DNA of 64,000 nt, from positions 2,914,001-2,978,000 of the forward strand of contig JBHGNT010000014.1 in assembly GCA_043228905.1 (NCBI GenBank), in the 5' to 3' direction. The translations under genes were made by a program, and so were the position numbers. The stretch is from Azolla caroliniana. Lineage: Eukaryota; Plantae; Polypodiophyta. The notes below the pieces were generated by a model. The model ran no database searches, was not told the DNA's origin, and saw only the letters and a program-made list of their open reading frames with translations. Below are positions 1-12,966 of the stretch, one piece after another (position 1 is the stretch's first letter; each line of letters opens with the position of its first letter).

Positions 1-1
1 T

Positions 2-612
2 TTCCGGAAGGCTAGTACGTGTAAACGTGGCGATGCGTGCGAGTATGCACACGGGGTCTTCGAATGCTGGCTCCATCCCGCCCAATACCGGACCCGCTTG
101 TGCAAGGACGGCCCCGCGTGCTCGAGGAGAGTTTGCTTCTTCGCTCACGAGAGCACCGAGCTCCGGCCTTTGTATGTGCCTTCCTTACCATCTCCGACCT
201 CTCCTTCCATGGATGCACATACCCTAAGCCCGCAATCCGCACGAAACTCTCATAATAGTTCGTCGAATTATGCTACCCATGGGGTAACATCCAATGGTGG
301 TGGTGCTCGGACATCGTCTAATCATCTCCCGGGTTCAATATGTTCATATAGTTCGAGTCGGCTGAGGCCAGCATTGAATTCTCGTGGGGATGGCTCTTCT
401 CTAGACGATTTTGGAAGTAGGATGCCCGAGTTGGATGGAAGTGATTTCCCTAACTCTATTTTGGGTATGTCGGAAAGCTTGTTGGCCGGCCACGGTGGGT
501 TAGACTTAGACACAGCCGTTGACACCGGAAGTAGTGAAATGTCCTCAAGGTATGGGAGCGTGGACCTCCCCATGGAACCCACTAACCTCAATGACTTGTT
601 TTCATCATCATT

Positions 613-645
<33 letters not shown>

Positions 646-1282
646 CTCGCCGGAGCTAGGGTTTCCTATGCGTGACTCATCGTCCCCCATTACGGCGGAG
701 AAGAAACCACACCTCCGTTCACAAATGAGTAGCCGACAAGCATATATGCCCACACCCCCGGAACAAATGCCAACGCAAGGTCCATCAAGGCATTATGGTT
801 CTAGTTTGGCACCAACACTACTCCTACCGCCCAAGTCTTCTCAATCACAAGATTCTCGGGGGTTGCTTACCCGAAAGATGTCGGGCCTCGAGGAGTTTGA
901 TGCCCTCGATATAGGGGAGAGTTTAACCCAGAATGGACCCTCGTGTTTTGCGTCCCTCATGTCCACTCGAGGATCATTTGCACAAGGTGACAAGAGGAGT
1001 CATAGCTCTAGACATTTGGTAGCAAGAGAACGGAGTCTTAGCTCTAGACACTTGGAAGCAAGAGAACGGAGTCTTAGCTCTAGACATTTGTTAGCAAGCT
1101 CGTCATTCTCGGATTGGGGATCTCCTACTGGGAAGGCTGAATGGAGCATTCACAAAGATGACCTATCCCGATTTCGAAAGTCCGCATCATTTGGTCTTAC
1201 AGGAATGTCATCAGACCATAGGGACTTCAGGTGGCTTGCCGACCATCATTTGGTCGAGAACAATGAAACAATAACACGGTAA
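2..1282 (+). CDS. Tandem CCCH zinc-finger (RR-TZF family) protein, 5'-truncated by window edge
   Basis: Frame from nt 2 reads [49 protein letters not shown] (plant TZF signature), then a Ser-rich disordered region and the conserved C-terminal SDWGSPTGK-x2-W motif. Stop at 1280-1282. Confidence 0.93.
601..648 (+). repeat. (TCA)n coding microsatellite giving a poly-Ser tract in TZF
   Basis: tcatcatcattatcattatcgtcatcatcatca... visible directly. Confidence 0.85.
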
Positions 1283-3199
1283 CCACCATAAGAAACTCTT
1301 CTGAAGAAGGTAGTGACAACACGAGAGATGGTGTTGTGCTTGGATCATGGATGGATGACATGCACTCTGGACGAATTGTTGCTTGAAGTACAATTTTTAC
1401 ATAATCTTAGAGTATGCCCTTTCCTCGTGGGCATGGTCTCCAAACACAACATGTTTCTTATTTCTTCATGCCTTGGAGGTGAAAGGGTTCCAAATGTGAT
1501 TTATAGATAATATGTTTAGCAAAGTATATATTGATGCTGAAACAAATACCAAAGGACGAATGTTAATGCCCATGAATTGGGTTATGATCATTAGCCAAGA
1601 TAGCATGCTAACGTGTGATGTAACTAGCCATTGTAAATATAGATATGTATAGATTGTTTGTATTATTTGATTAATTATATCATCCAACAACAATCCCCGC
1701 ACACCATAACATTCAATGCAATTCTAAGACTAGGAATTGCAAAAAGAAATGTACACTTTGGTGGCTTGTTTGTTTGTTACAAAAATACATGTAATTTATA
1801 TTTATTGACAAACAAAGATTTTCCATCTGTCCAATGTTAAATTAATGAAGAAAATGTTCATTTGCCAATAGGCATGCATGAATATGATGATAGTGAAATG
1901 CTCAAATGGATTGAAAGTTAGGAAACACATGCTTGGCTAAGTGACATGCTTCATCGTGCACTATAACACCTTTGGTAAGTACACTATTGAATGATGATGA
2001 TCGGCTTTTTGATGGAAAAGTTTTTTTGTGTGTAATGGAAGCAAAGCTAAGTGCATAGGTTGAAGAGAATGGAAACTTGGATCTTTATAGACTCATAGAA
2101 GAACTTGAAGTAGCAAATGAATCTATGCTTGTTTCCCTCATCTAAGGTCGAAGGTGATATATCATACATATACACCTATTCATTCTAGTTTATTATTGTG
2201 AAAACCAAAGAGAGTTCGGTGGTGAGATTGGGCATCCTTGCTTAAATAATATATTTCTAATGCATCAATTAGAAACCCTTTGAACTTGATGCATCATTTT
2301 CACCTAGTATTTCAAGTTCTTTGATGCATCTTCAAAATTCTTTCCATCCTTCTACATCCATGCAATTAGCTTTGTGTCTATTACACCTCCGAAATTCATT
2401 TGCCATGACAAAGGCGTCAGATAGAAGATCCATAAAAGCATATGAGTGCCCTTGAACACTTTTCTATGCATACTAGGTTGAGTATCTTGAGAACGTTAAA
2501 CCAAAGGTTATTATTATGAAGATTCACACAAAGATAATTGTGTGGTCTGGATAATAATGTAGCACCACTTGAAATTGTAGAATAAACTTCAAATACCCAG
2601 GCTTGAGGCTCCCTCTAGTGATATGTGAAATAAAAATTTTACTGGCTATATAGAAGTAGATAAGAAGGTTTCTATCCATTTGCCATTTGAGGGTAATGCA
2701 ATAGAGGAGAAATTAAATGTTAGATTCTCTAGAAACACATGGTTGACCCTATTTTGGTGGCACCGATGTTCTTTATATGATTCAAGTGCCGTTAATAACA
2801 TCTCTAAGTTCACTTGGAATGAGTTATGTTTTGAGTAGCTCTATCGTGGTCCACGAGTGTTGTTGGCCTTTCTTTGCAAGGAATCTTCTTGTCTCTAAAT
2901 GCTCTAAAAAGGATTGGTACTAAACAAGACCCATCAATATACTTTAGGAGTTTTTGTTTGCCCAAAGGTTTTTCTACATCCCATATATTCTAGGAGGGCA
3001 ATGATCATCCCTCCCATACCCTTGCTTAGCTCGTTTACCTCATATTTCTTTATGTGCAACTTACATAATTAGAGTTTCATCTTAAGGAGGAAACCTTCTA
3101 AATGACTATAACTTATTGTGTTTTGCACTACAGAGACGGTTACACCAATGAAATCACAATGATTATACCCAAAGATACAAAACAAAGTCAAAGAGGATT

Positions 3200-4600
3200 T
3201 ATATTATAAATTTTTAATGTGGTAACTCTTGAGCATCATTGGAGGCACCTAAACGATTTCAATTACCAAGTGAATGTATGCTTGCAATTTCCCGGATCTA
3301 TTGGAAGGTTAAATGTTGTGTGTGTCTGGATGGTAAACTTGTAGCTTTCATCAATAGCACTATTGGAATTTGGTGTTGAGCAAGGATGCACACTCTCACC
3401 AACTCTATTTGATCTATGTATAGATGAATTAGAGTAACTATTGCCAATTTTGTAAAGAAGGATAACATTGACGAAATTGTCATTGCGAATGTAGTCATCA
3501 TGCTTTTGTTGTATGCAAATGATGTGTTACTTTTTTCAAATGCTTTGGAGGGCATTGGAGGAAATTTGCACGAATGCAAATTTAAGTGTCCATAGCTTTA
3601 AAATAAAGATTATTCTTGTTAAGAGTCAAATTAAGGATAAACCATGCATTATTTATAATAATGAGCCACTTGAAATTGTGGAAAGTTTTAAATACCTTGG
3701 CCTTGAAGTTCTTTCAAATCACAGATGGAATGTATTTGTTACCCGTTGCTTAGATGAGGAAAAGAGAGCATCATATTATGCATTTGGGAACACATATAAT
3801 CATGAGAAATTAAGTGTTGGGTACTAATGAAATATTGTTTCGACGCATTGGTGACGTTGGTGATCCTCGATGGGGTGGAAGCATGGGGCAATATCATCCC
3901 TAAGTCCACTAGGAAAGAGTTTGAAAATGTCCAAAAGCATTTTCATACAAAGTTTCTCCAAGTAAAGAAACACATGCAATACACCCTCTTACTCCTTGAC
4001 ATAGGAACACATCCCATTGAGATCTTGAGCATAGAAAGGGTTATTGAATATGTGTGTAAGGTTCAAAAAAGATCCTCGCATGGACTTCCAAGATTCATAT
4101 GTGAAGTATGCAAAAAGATACAAAAGACACATAAAAGCAAAATTTTGTGTTTCAGTTGGATGCAAGATATGGAAAAATGGTCTGGAAGTTGTGATGCACC
4201 ACACTTGCTTTATGATGCATCAATAGATTCCCTTGTGAGTTAGGTGCCAAATATATCATGACATGGGAAAAACGTGGAGGCTCACACTTCACACATTATA
4301 CTTCATATATTGCACCTAATGACAAAACCATGTTCTTTGCCAAATGGGGAAACCGCACACACATTAATACATGTTAGAGCCCATCCCATTGTCTACCATC
4401 AAGACCATTGCTTCCATGTGACTTAGTTCACGCTCACTACAATGTGAGCCAAGGCATTTGGGCACAAAGTGATGAGAGAGTAATTGACTATGCACACTTT
4501 GCCCTAAACAAAGTTTGGAGTCTTAAGTATCACATTTTGACATAAAACACTCTTAACTTTGATCACATCCAGCGTATGCTTTCCAAAAATCTTCAACCAA
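3200..4600 (+). mobile_element. Degenerate non-LTR retrotransposon (LINE) RT and 3' region
   Basis: Fragments GVEQGCTLSPTLFDLCIDE (~3372), LLLYANDV (YADD-like, ~3503), ESFKYLG (~3681) and LSSRSLQCE (~4422). Multiple stops and frameshifts. Ends approximate. Confidence 0.85.
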
Positions 4601-4948
4601 ACCCAATGCTTTGTGTCGAACATCAAAACAAACCACATGATCTCTTCATCCAAACCCATCCACACACACTGAAACACTACTCCTAGATAGAAAGCATATA
4701 TATGTAGATTGAAGCAATACTAGGATTTGGGGCTATATTTGTAATTTGTATAAACCATAGGGCTAAAACACTACTCCTACATAGGAAGTATATACATATT
4801 TGTAGATTGAAGCAAAATATTGGGGCTTGTGGCTATATTTGTAGTTTGTGTAAACCATAGGGCTAAATGCCGATGAAAGCCTCTGTTACTTTGAAAAACA
4901 GAGGATAGTGTGAGGAGTGAGTGAGTTGCAGAGATCGAAGCGAGAGAT

Positions 4949-7900
4949 ATGTCGACAGGAGCTTCAATGGGAGTAATGGGCGTTTCCTCCCCAACAGACA
5001 ACTTCTGGGTCTCTCTGAAAAATTCGAGTAATATGAGTGGTTGTGTTAGTGGTAGTCCCATCAACAACCGGAAGATATCGTCATTCGCCCACAAAGCTTC
5101 CTCTCCTCTCAGACCTCAACTCAACCTGAGAAGAGAGTTTACAACACATTTTGTTGGTGGAAGCTTCCATGGATCCTTCTCTGGTACCTCTCTTTACAAG
5201 GTGAAGGAGTCTATTGATAGGTTTGCATCACCCGAACCTGGCTCTCGGAGAGGTGTCGTCACCATGGTATGTAAATTCTTCTATGCTTTTACATGCTCTA
5301 TCAATAAACTCTATATCATATATATAGCGAAATATAGGTCAATTGATATCATGTGGGCTTGTGGCCAATCAGCCACATGTTATTATGTTGTGTGATGTGG
5401 ACATTGTTATCTTATGGCCGCTTGCCATATGCTGTATGGTTCAATCTCTTTAAGGTGTGAACATACACACAAACATTGTCAACATACAATCTCGGCAGTT
5501 TTGGACTAGTTTTACCCCGGTGCATCTTTTATTAGTGAATGGACATGATTTGGATTTTGGGTCTTGTGGCTTCAAGCCAGATGTAATCTGCACAGCTATG
5601 TATGAGGGCATGGATATTGCAGATTGGTTTGGATAGTTATAGGATAAAGTTTGGACAAGGACATTTGCCATGCCGAATCCATAGTTGATAAATGGCTAAC
5701 CACCCTTATGCGTCCCAGTCCATCCAATTATGGTGTCAACAACATGCATCATCATGGAGGTTTGACCCAAAGGAGCTAAGGTTCTCTTATTAGCTGGCCT
5801 CTGAATTAGAATCATTTCTTATCTTTTTTTATGAAATTTGCCACATTTACTTTGAAATTTGCATTCATTGTGAATCGTCATGCCCGATTTGACATCATTG
5901 TATTTATGAAAAAGAAGTTTGCTAAAATAAATATGGAGCAAGGGATGAGAATACCCAGTTTGGCTAAAAGTTTTGAGAAAGGTTGATGTACTGGATACCG
6001 AGCTTGATGGCCATTGTAATGTGTGTGTGTGTTGTGTGTGTGTGTGTTTGTATATATCACATACCACATGGTGTGATGCTTTGCCTGCCAATACCCATCA
6101 ACTAGTAAAGGCTAGAGATAGGTTAATCAGAAAGGTTAAAAGCATTTTAATGGAAGGTCAGTTTGTATTCCACAGAGAGTTTCCCAGCAGTGATTCATTT
6201 TACACTGTCCATATCTCCTCTGAATAGTTATTTGGTATTGGCACTGGCAGTGTCTATCTACAGTTTCTAGGCTTTAGTTATATGAGTGGCTGGCTATCGT
6301 TGTGAAGGGAATCCACCTTTGTAGTGGTGATTTCTTGAATGTACAAATAATACCATAGATACTTTTCTAGAGAGGCCTCAATACATTGTACGGTGATTGG
6401 TCAAGTGGGGGAGTCACTATCCTAGGCTTAATCTGATATTTGCAGTGCACATACCTGTAACAAAGATAAATTCCCAGATAAAACGTTTGTTTTCTATTAG
6501 TGGCATGTTTGTTTTTGCTGAATATGATACATCAAATTAGTGTATGCAAATGATTCTTCTCTCATACTTGGCATCGTTGCCTTTTATGTTTTCTTAAAAA
6601 CAGAAGGTTAACTTGATCCATGGAATCTGTTTGGGTTAAGACACAAATTTCCGAAATATGGGATATCATTTAGTGTATTTTTTTTCTTATATGCAGGTAA
6701 TTCCATTTCAAAGAGGAGATGCTCGGCAACAGCCACCACCTGATTTGCCTTCTTATTTGTTCAAAAATCGCATAGTTTTTCTCGGAATGTCCTTAGTACC
6801 ATCAGTTACTGAATTAATAATGGCAGAGCTACTTTATCTTCAGTATGAGGATCCAGAGAAGCCTGTCTATATGTATATAAATTCCACTGGTACTACAAAG
6901 GTATCAATGGTTTTCTGTTAGAAAATGATTATTCTGAAAGTGCTTGAGATGCGATTCATGAAATATCTGTCGGTTAATTAACAGGATGGGGAAAAATTGG
7001 GTTATGAGACTGAAGCTTTTGCTATATATGATACCATGCGGTAAGAATCCCTATCAACATGTTTATGCTACTTTTATTGTTAGACGAAATGCTTAAGCCT
7101 TAATAAGAAGCAAATACAAAATGTACAATTCTATTCAGAATCATAAGCTATCCAGTATGATAATGCAATGCATTTACCAGTGTGGATATCTATCCTTCAC
7201 AGCAGTTGTTTTTGGATTAATAGTCTTCCTTCTGAACTGTGGTTGAGAAAACACCTTGTGCATGATTTTGTTTTTGATGTACCTTCAGCCATGAATACTG
7301 TTGTGAAAAGCAGGTATGTAAAGCCTCCTATATTTACGCTTTGTGTCGGTAATGCTTGGGGGGAGGCTGCATTGCTTCTCTCAGCTGGCGCTAAAGGAAA
7401 CCGTTCAGCGCTTCCATCTTCCACAATCATGATAAAGCAGGTATACCTTGTTATTGCAAAGTAAAAAGATCATGAACGATCAATTCTCTTCAAGACCTGA
7501 TCATATTGTTGTTTAATCTTTTATTACCATTTGTCACAGCCAATTGCCCAATTCCGAGGACAAGCGACAGACATTGATATTGCACGGAAGGAAGTTCGCA
7601 ATGTGAAAAATGAACTGGTATATATAATAAATCTATATAATTGCATTTACCTAGCATTCTGTAGTTGTTTTTATTTTACTTCAACTCATTTATGGAATGG
7701 AGGGATAATGGTGAACTTTATTAATAATGCTTTCACTATGCGGGGATGGCAGGTTACACTCTATGCGAGACATACAGGTCATTCAAAAGAAAAAATTGAA
7801 GAAGATATCAGAAGACCGAAGTATTTTAGCCCTGATGAAGCAATGGAGTATGGTATTATAGATAAGGTAAAGTTGAAAGACATATCTGGTTAGAGTTTCT

Positions 7901-9137
7901 TTCCTTCACTTTTTCTCTGGTTGAGAAACTCTAGCTTTTGTCTCTATAATATCTCCTCCTAGGAAGCTAGAATTCTCGATAGGTGTAAAATATTGTTTCA
8001 AGTTGTTTTTTTATTATAATTTTCTATGAATGGTTAGATTAGGTGATGCAGATTTTCTACTATCTAGGGCTTTATGACTCATCTCTGTGAATGCATAAAT
8101 TATAATACAAATTACCTTAGCTTGTATCTATTACCCACTCAAAAATTGATGGCTATGATGTTATTCTTCCTACTCATGTTAGATTGTGGGTACGACTAGG
8201 TATGTGCCTAGGTCAGTTCTGTTTCTTGGCCTTGAAACCAAAACATTCAAGTCAAATTAATTTAACAATTAAACAAAAAGTATAGTAAATTAAAAAACAT
8301 TCAAGTTAAATTAGTTAAATCATTCAACAAAAGAACCATTAATTAAACTGTTAGGGAAATAAAAAAGCTAAGCAGAAACCAAGAAACCATTAAACCGATC
8401 CACTTAAATGGATAAATTGATTGGCCGATAAACTCGAGTTTTATAATTAAACTGAACTGAAACCAAACCATCTAATGATATTTGAAGCCAAACCGCACTG
8501 TTTAATCATGTTTGAAAACCAAACCACATTGTTTAATGATATTTGAAAACCAAACCAAACTGTTTAATTATATCCAAATCATAAACATTAAACCATGGCT
8601 TAACGGTTAGGTTCAGTCTAAGCCAAAGCAGGGCATGTAGCTAGGTATGACATGATGCTAGCTTTGATGCCATGTTCATCGCAAGTTTGCAAAAAACTGT
8701 TGTCCGTCGCGACATATAGAACTATTGATTCATTTCTGTACACAAAGAGATGTTTAGATAATGATGGTGATGTTTACATCTAGCATCTCGTGTTGGTCAT
8801 GTGTACTTCTGTACACAAGAGATGTTTAGATTATGATGGTGATGTTTACATCTAGCATCTCTTGTGTTGGTCATGTGTACTTGTATCGATGAGCATATAT
8901 ATTTCATATGCCATGATCCATCTCAATTGGGTCCTGGCATGTGATATTTTCTGCGAAGTCACGACAATCATGATACATGATATGAATAAAAGCTAAAGAG
9001 GAAGAGAGAGTTATATTGCATCTTTTATGAAAAGAAGAATAAGAAGAAGAGAGTCTATTCTGTTTCAGGTCTTGCATTCGGAAAAAGGGCAAGAGAAAGG
9101 TATTGTTGCTGATCTGAAAAGATCTCAATTAATATAA
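4949..9137 (+). CDS. CLPR4: Chloroplast ATP-dependent Clp protease subunit-related protein 4 (non-catalytic ClpR), 7 exons, ~321 aa
   Basis: GT-AG exons 4949-5266, 6697-6900, 6985-7040, 7314-7440, 7540-7617, 7753-7866 and 9069-9137 join in frame. Ser-rich transit peptide, then VIPF..QQPPPDLPSYLFKNRIVFLGMSLVPSVTELI, YINSTG, GNAWGEAALLL, RPKYFSP, and C-terminus VLHSEKGQEKGIVADLKRSQLI*, matching ClpR4. Confidence 0.95.
8197..8643. mobile_element. Non-autonomous hAT-type MITE in ClpR4 intron 6
   Basis: Imperfect TIRs, 8-bp TSD ggtacgac (8189-8196) / ggtatgac (8644-8651), aaacc-rich subterminal repeats. Homologous to 11505-12119. Confidence 0.7.
8734..8880. repeat. ~73-bp tandem duplication
   Basis: ttctgtacaca...ggtcatgtgtac occurs twice adjacent. 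Confidence 0.9.
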
Positions 9138-10752
9138 AGGATGGGAGTAAATGAACTGAAATCGTCTCATGAACCCAACTAGAAAGGCACTCTGCATTCT
9201 CTCTTTATATATATACATATACATATATATTTGTCAAGTTGAAGAGGCAGCAGCAAAGTTGTAAGAGTTTCTCGTGCTTCCGCTTTTTGTCATGTGGATG
9301 TCATTTTTTATGCCACGACGTATGATGTGTTTAATTTGACATTACACTAGTCTTTGTATTATTAGGATCTAGTTGTGATGTTTTTATGGAATTGTATGAA
9401 GTAAAGGCTTGGTATGTGAAGCTCTACTAAGATGAAAGATGTTGAGAAGTTATTCCAAGCATTTTGTATATGTTGTGCATGAAGGGTTGTTTTAGATGGT
9501 TTGTCCAGTACAGGGTAAGATAGATATCTTTTTAACATCCAAGGGATGGGAGCGATTGTGATCTTGAGACAGGCCCAAGCCCAAAGCGAGAAAAATGTTG
9601 TCAAAGACCGGGTCGGGTGGTTATGGCTCAGAAGGTCACGTTTAAATCCCTACATTACATATTTGTATAAACTATGGTGTCCTGCATGTTCTTCTCTATT
9701 TTAAGTCCTCCGAAAGCAAGTGTATGACTTTCCAAATGTTTGGGATTGGTTGTTTTGATGTGTATTTGTTCGATTCTTTGGTGGAACAGTGATCATTCAT
9801 TCCACTAGCTGGTATTGAGTCTTCGGTAAAATTCAACACTGGTTTCAATATTTTTCCACTTAATGTACAGTTGTGCATGTACATACATACATTACACATA
9901 CAACATTTGCCTGTAGGTTTTCGAAGTGACTTCCATCTCATCTCTAACTTGTTTGTTATACACTAGATCTATATGTACTCTTGTTTCACTAATGTCGACT
10001 TCCATATTATTGACTTGCCAAATTGGTGTACATGATTTAGACCAATTGGATTCGGTTAACCCTAACTTGGTTTACTTTTATGAAAGTTTTTTTGTCTTAT
10101 TGCAATATTCCAAGGATGTCTTCTGATTATTTGGTTCAACTCAGACCATACCATAGAGAAAATAGAAAAGGATCATCGTTTTACTCTTTACATTTGTCTT
10201 ACTACATTTTGCAGACCAAACTAAAGAGAAAATAGAAAAGGATCATCATTTTAATGTTGTTTCTCAACTTTTTCACATGTAAGCCTTGCTTATCTATGTG
10301 GGCATGATCAGAGGCATAGTGAACACTATTTTGCTCCTTGTTTTTATTCGTCTATCCTCATTCATTTGCGATCCTTGCATGTCAGCATTATCTTCAATAA
10401 TTGGTTAAAGATTGTGTGGTGATTTGCAAAATTAATTTGGAACCACTGCCAAGAAACTTCAATCACCAATAAGTACGATCTTTCTGATTAATAATTGTCA
10501 TTTGTAACCATCAACAATTCAACAATTGTGAAGTGGTATGTAAGCACTCAAACGGGTTTTTTTGTCTACAAAGCCCCTCTTACTTTGGGTGGGGGACTTA
10601 CGAGAGCTATATACATGCTTAAGCTTCCATTTTTGGTATTAGTGAGATGAATCCATATCATTCATGTTGATGACAAAGATTGTTGAGTTGGAAGTTGGGT
10701 AGGGGGATCAAGGAATCTATATACATGCACAAGCTTCATTTTTTGGTATTTT

Positions 10753-11068
10753 AACAACATGAATTCAAATTATCCTTGTTGATGAGGAATTTGTTTCATG
10801 TAACTCCATACTTGTATGCCAATCTTCACGAATGAGGACATATTCTCAAAGGTCTACAAATGGTTTCTACTATAGCAAACCTCATAAATATATAATTTAT
10901 CTAATTTTATTCTAACAACATGAATTCAAATTATCCTTGTTGATGAGGAATTTGTTTCATGTAACTCCATACTTGTATGCCAATCTTCACGAATGAGGAC
11001 ATATTCTCAAAGATCTACAAATGGTTTCTACTATAGCAAACATCATCAATATATAATTTATCTAATTT
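10753..11068. repeat. ~161-bp tandem duplication
   Basis: aacaacatgaattcaaattatcc...ctaatttt at 10753 and 10914. Confidence 0.9.
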
Positions 11069-11504
11069 TTAGTTCTCATTATGTGTCCTTATTGTTTAAT
11101 CTCATTGAATCTTAAGTAAACACATAGTCCCTTTGAATGCATATATGCATAATGTGAAATTTGCATATTGCAATGTTGTGGAGGAATCTTCCGATATTGC
11201 AAAAGAGTCCTTTTGAGAGCATTTTGTATCTTAGAGTAAGAAGTTCATGCACATTATAGAACAACATACACATACAAACTTTGTATTGTGGACTTAAGAA
11301 ACACATCTTCGCGTAGCATAAAAACATGTGGACATAGGACATCTAAAAATATAAAAAAACATAGAATCTTGTATCTATCATAAATAATCAGAAACTCAGA
11401 ACCTTGCACCTATCATTGTATTCTACTTTACCTCCCTCTACATAAGGAATGTGAGAATAATTTGAAATAAGGGGCTTGTTCAAATCAGTTTTTTTACATT
11501 CAAT

Positions 11505-12119
11505 AAGCAATGGGCTTGGTTCAGTTTCAGTTTGGTTTGGTTTCTTGGCCTTGAAACCAAACCATTTATTAATAATAGAAACCGAACCAAATTGTTAAAA
11601 TTTTTGAAGCCATTTAAACCGAACTGTTTAAAGCCAAACCGTTAAACCAAACTGTTTACAAAAAATTTAAAACCAAACCAAACCACTTTATCATAAATCA
11701 AAACCAAACCAAACCATTTTTTATTGATATTAATAATCATACTTATTATAAATTTGTGTGAGAAAATCATCATAAAATTTGTCATCATATTGATCATAAA
11801 TTTGATTATTATAAATGAAAAGGAGACTCTACATATAATGCATATAAAATTTAATAAGTTACAACTAGAGTTTAAAATTAAAAGTTAAAAGTTAGAACCT
11901 ATAAAGAAAATTTATAAGTATTTTTTAACCTTTAAACCAAAGCACATAAACAGAAACCGATAAGCCGATAAACCGGTAAATTCAAAACCAAACCAAACCA
12001 AAACCGATTAATAGCTTTTGAAACCAAACCAAACCGTTTATTTATCTTCGAACCTATAAATCGTTAAGCCACAGTTTATCGGTTCGGTTCGATTTGAGCC
12101 AAAATCGGGCCCATTGCTA
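11505..12119. mobile_element. Non-autonomous hAT-type MITE
   Basis: TIR aagcaatgggc / gcccattgcta, perfect 8-bp TSD cattcaat (11497-11504 and 12120-12127), many aaaccaaacc/aaccg subterminal repeats. Confidence 0.88.
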
Positions 12120-12966
12120 CATTCAATTAAGTATTATCTTGTATGGTTCGTAGTACAATGGTGACGATTTCTCTAATAGCATGAAACATGTGACAGCAAT
12201 GGTACATATATATTACATGTTCTTATGAACTCAAAATATAAATGTAATCATCACAGATGTGAAAAACGCCCTCTTGACAAAATTCTCTCGTCAGAAATCA
12301 CAATTCATGCATTCTATATCACAAAGGCTGATTTACATAACGAATCAAGAAAGAGTTTTGTTCCTTCTAAGAGCCCCCTGTCACAAATGTATATATTCAA
12401 TGTGTCAAAAGATGTTTTAAGTTATACATATAATGAACGAACCAAAATCTCACAAATTTAGATATAATGAATGGTCTTTAGGATCTTGTACCTTTTAAGG
12501 AATTTTGGAATATGAAAAGCTCTTGAGATCTTTGGCAGAGTTCTTGTTCAAGAAAAATAAAAGGTTAGCATTCTGATCTGAAGATTCAGTAAAAGTAGAT
12601 TGAAATTGAACATATTTAGAAACTCGCAGACATGGCACTTCTTATTAGAACAAAAAATGCCATGATCCTCTTTACGTTACAAAATATAAATGGTTGGGAA
12701 TATTTATAGGTTATGAAAATTTAATGTATAGAGTATAGGGCAAAGCTTTCAAACTTTAGTGAATATAAGTCGCATATTCCTTCATTTATTGAAAAAATGG
12801 AAAAATATTTCAAAATCTCCAGCATAAAAACAGCTAAAGTTTTCAGAAATCTTGAGAAATAGCCATCAGGCTCTAAATAGCCATTGAAATTTTTCCCTGA
12901 TCTTTAGAGACCGAAACCGAAACAATAAATAAAACAAGGACTTTCAAGTGCCAAGCCAAGTTTTTG

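Noticed and set aside
1850-3200. Possible older TE remnants between TZF and the LINE
   Set aside because: No motif could be read with confidence
7340-7440. Clp subunit lacking catalytic Ser/His (GNAWGEAA)
   Set aside because: Expected for ClpR subunits; not novel
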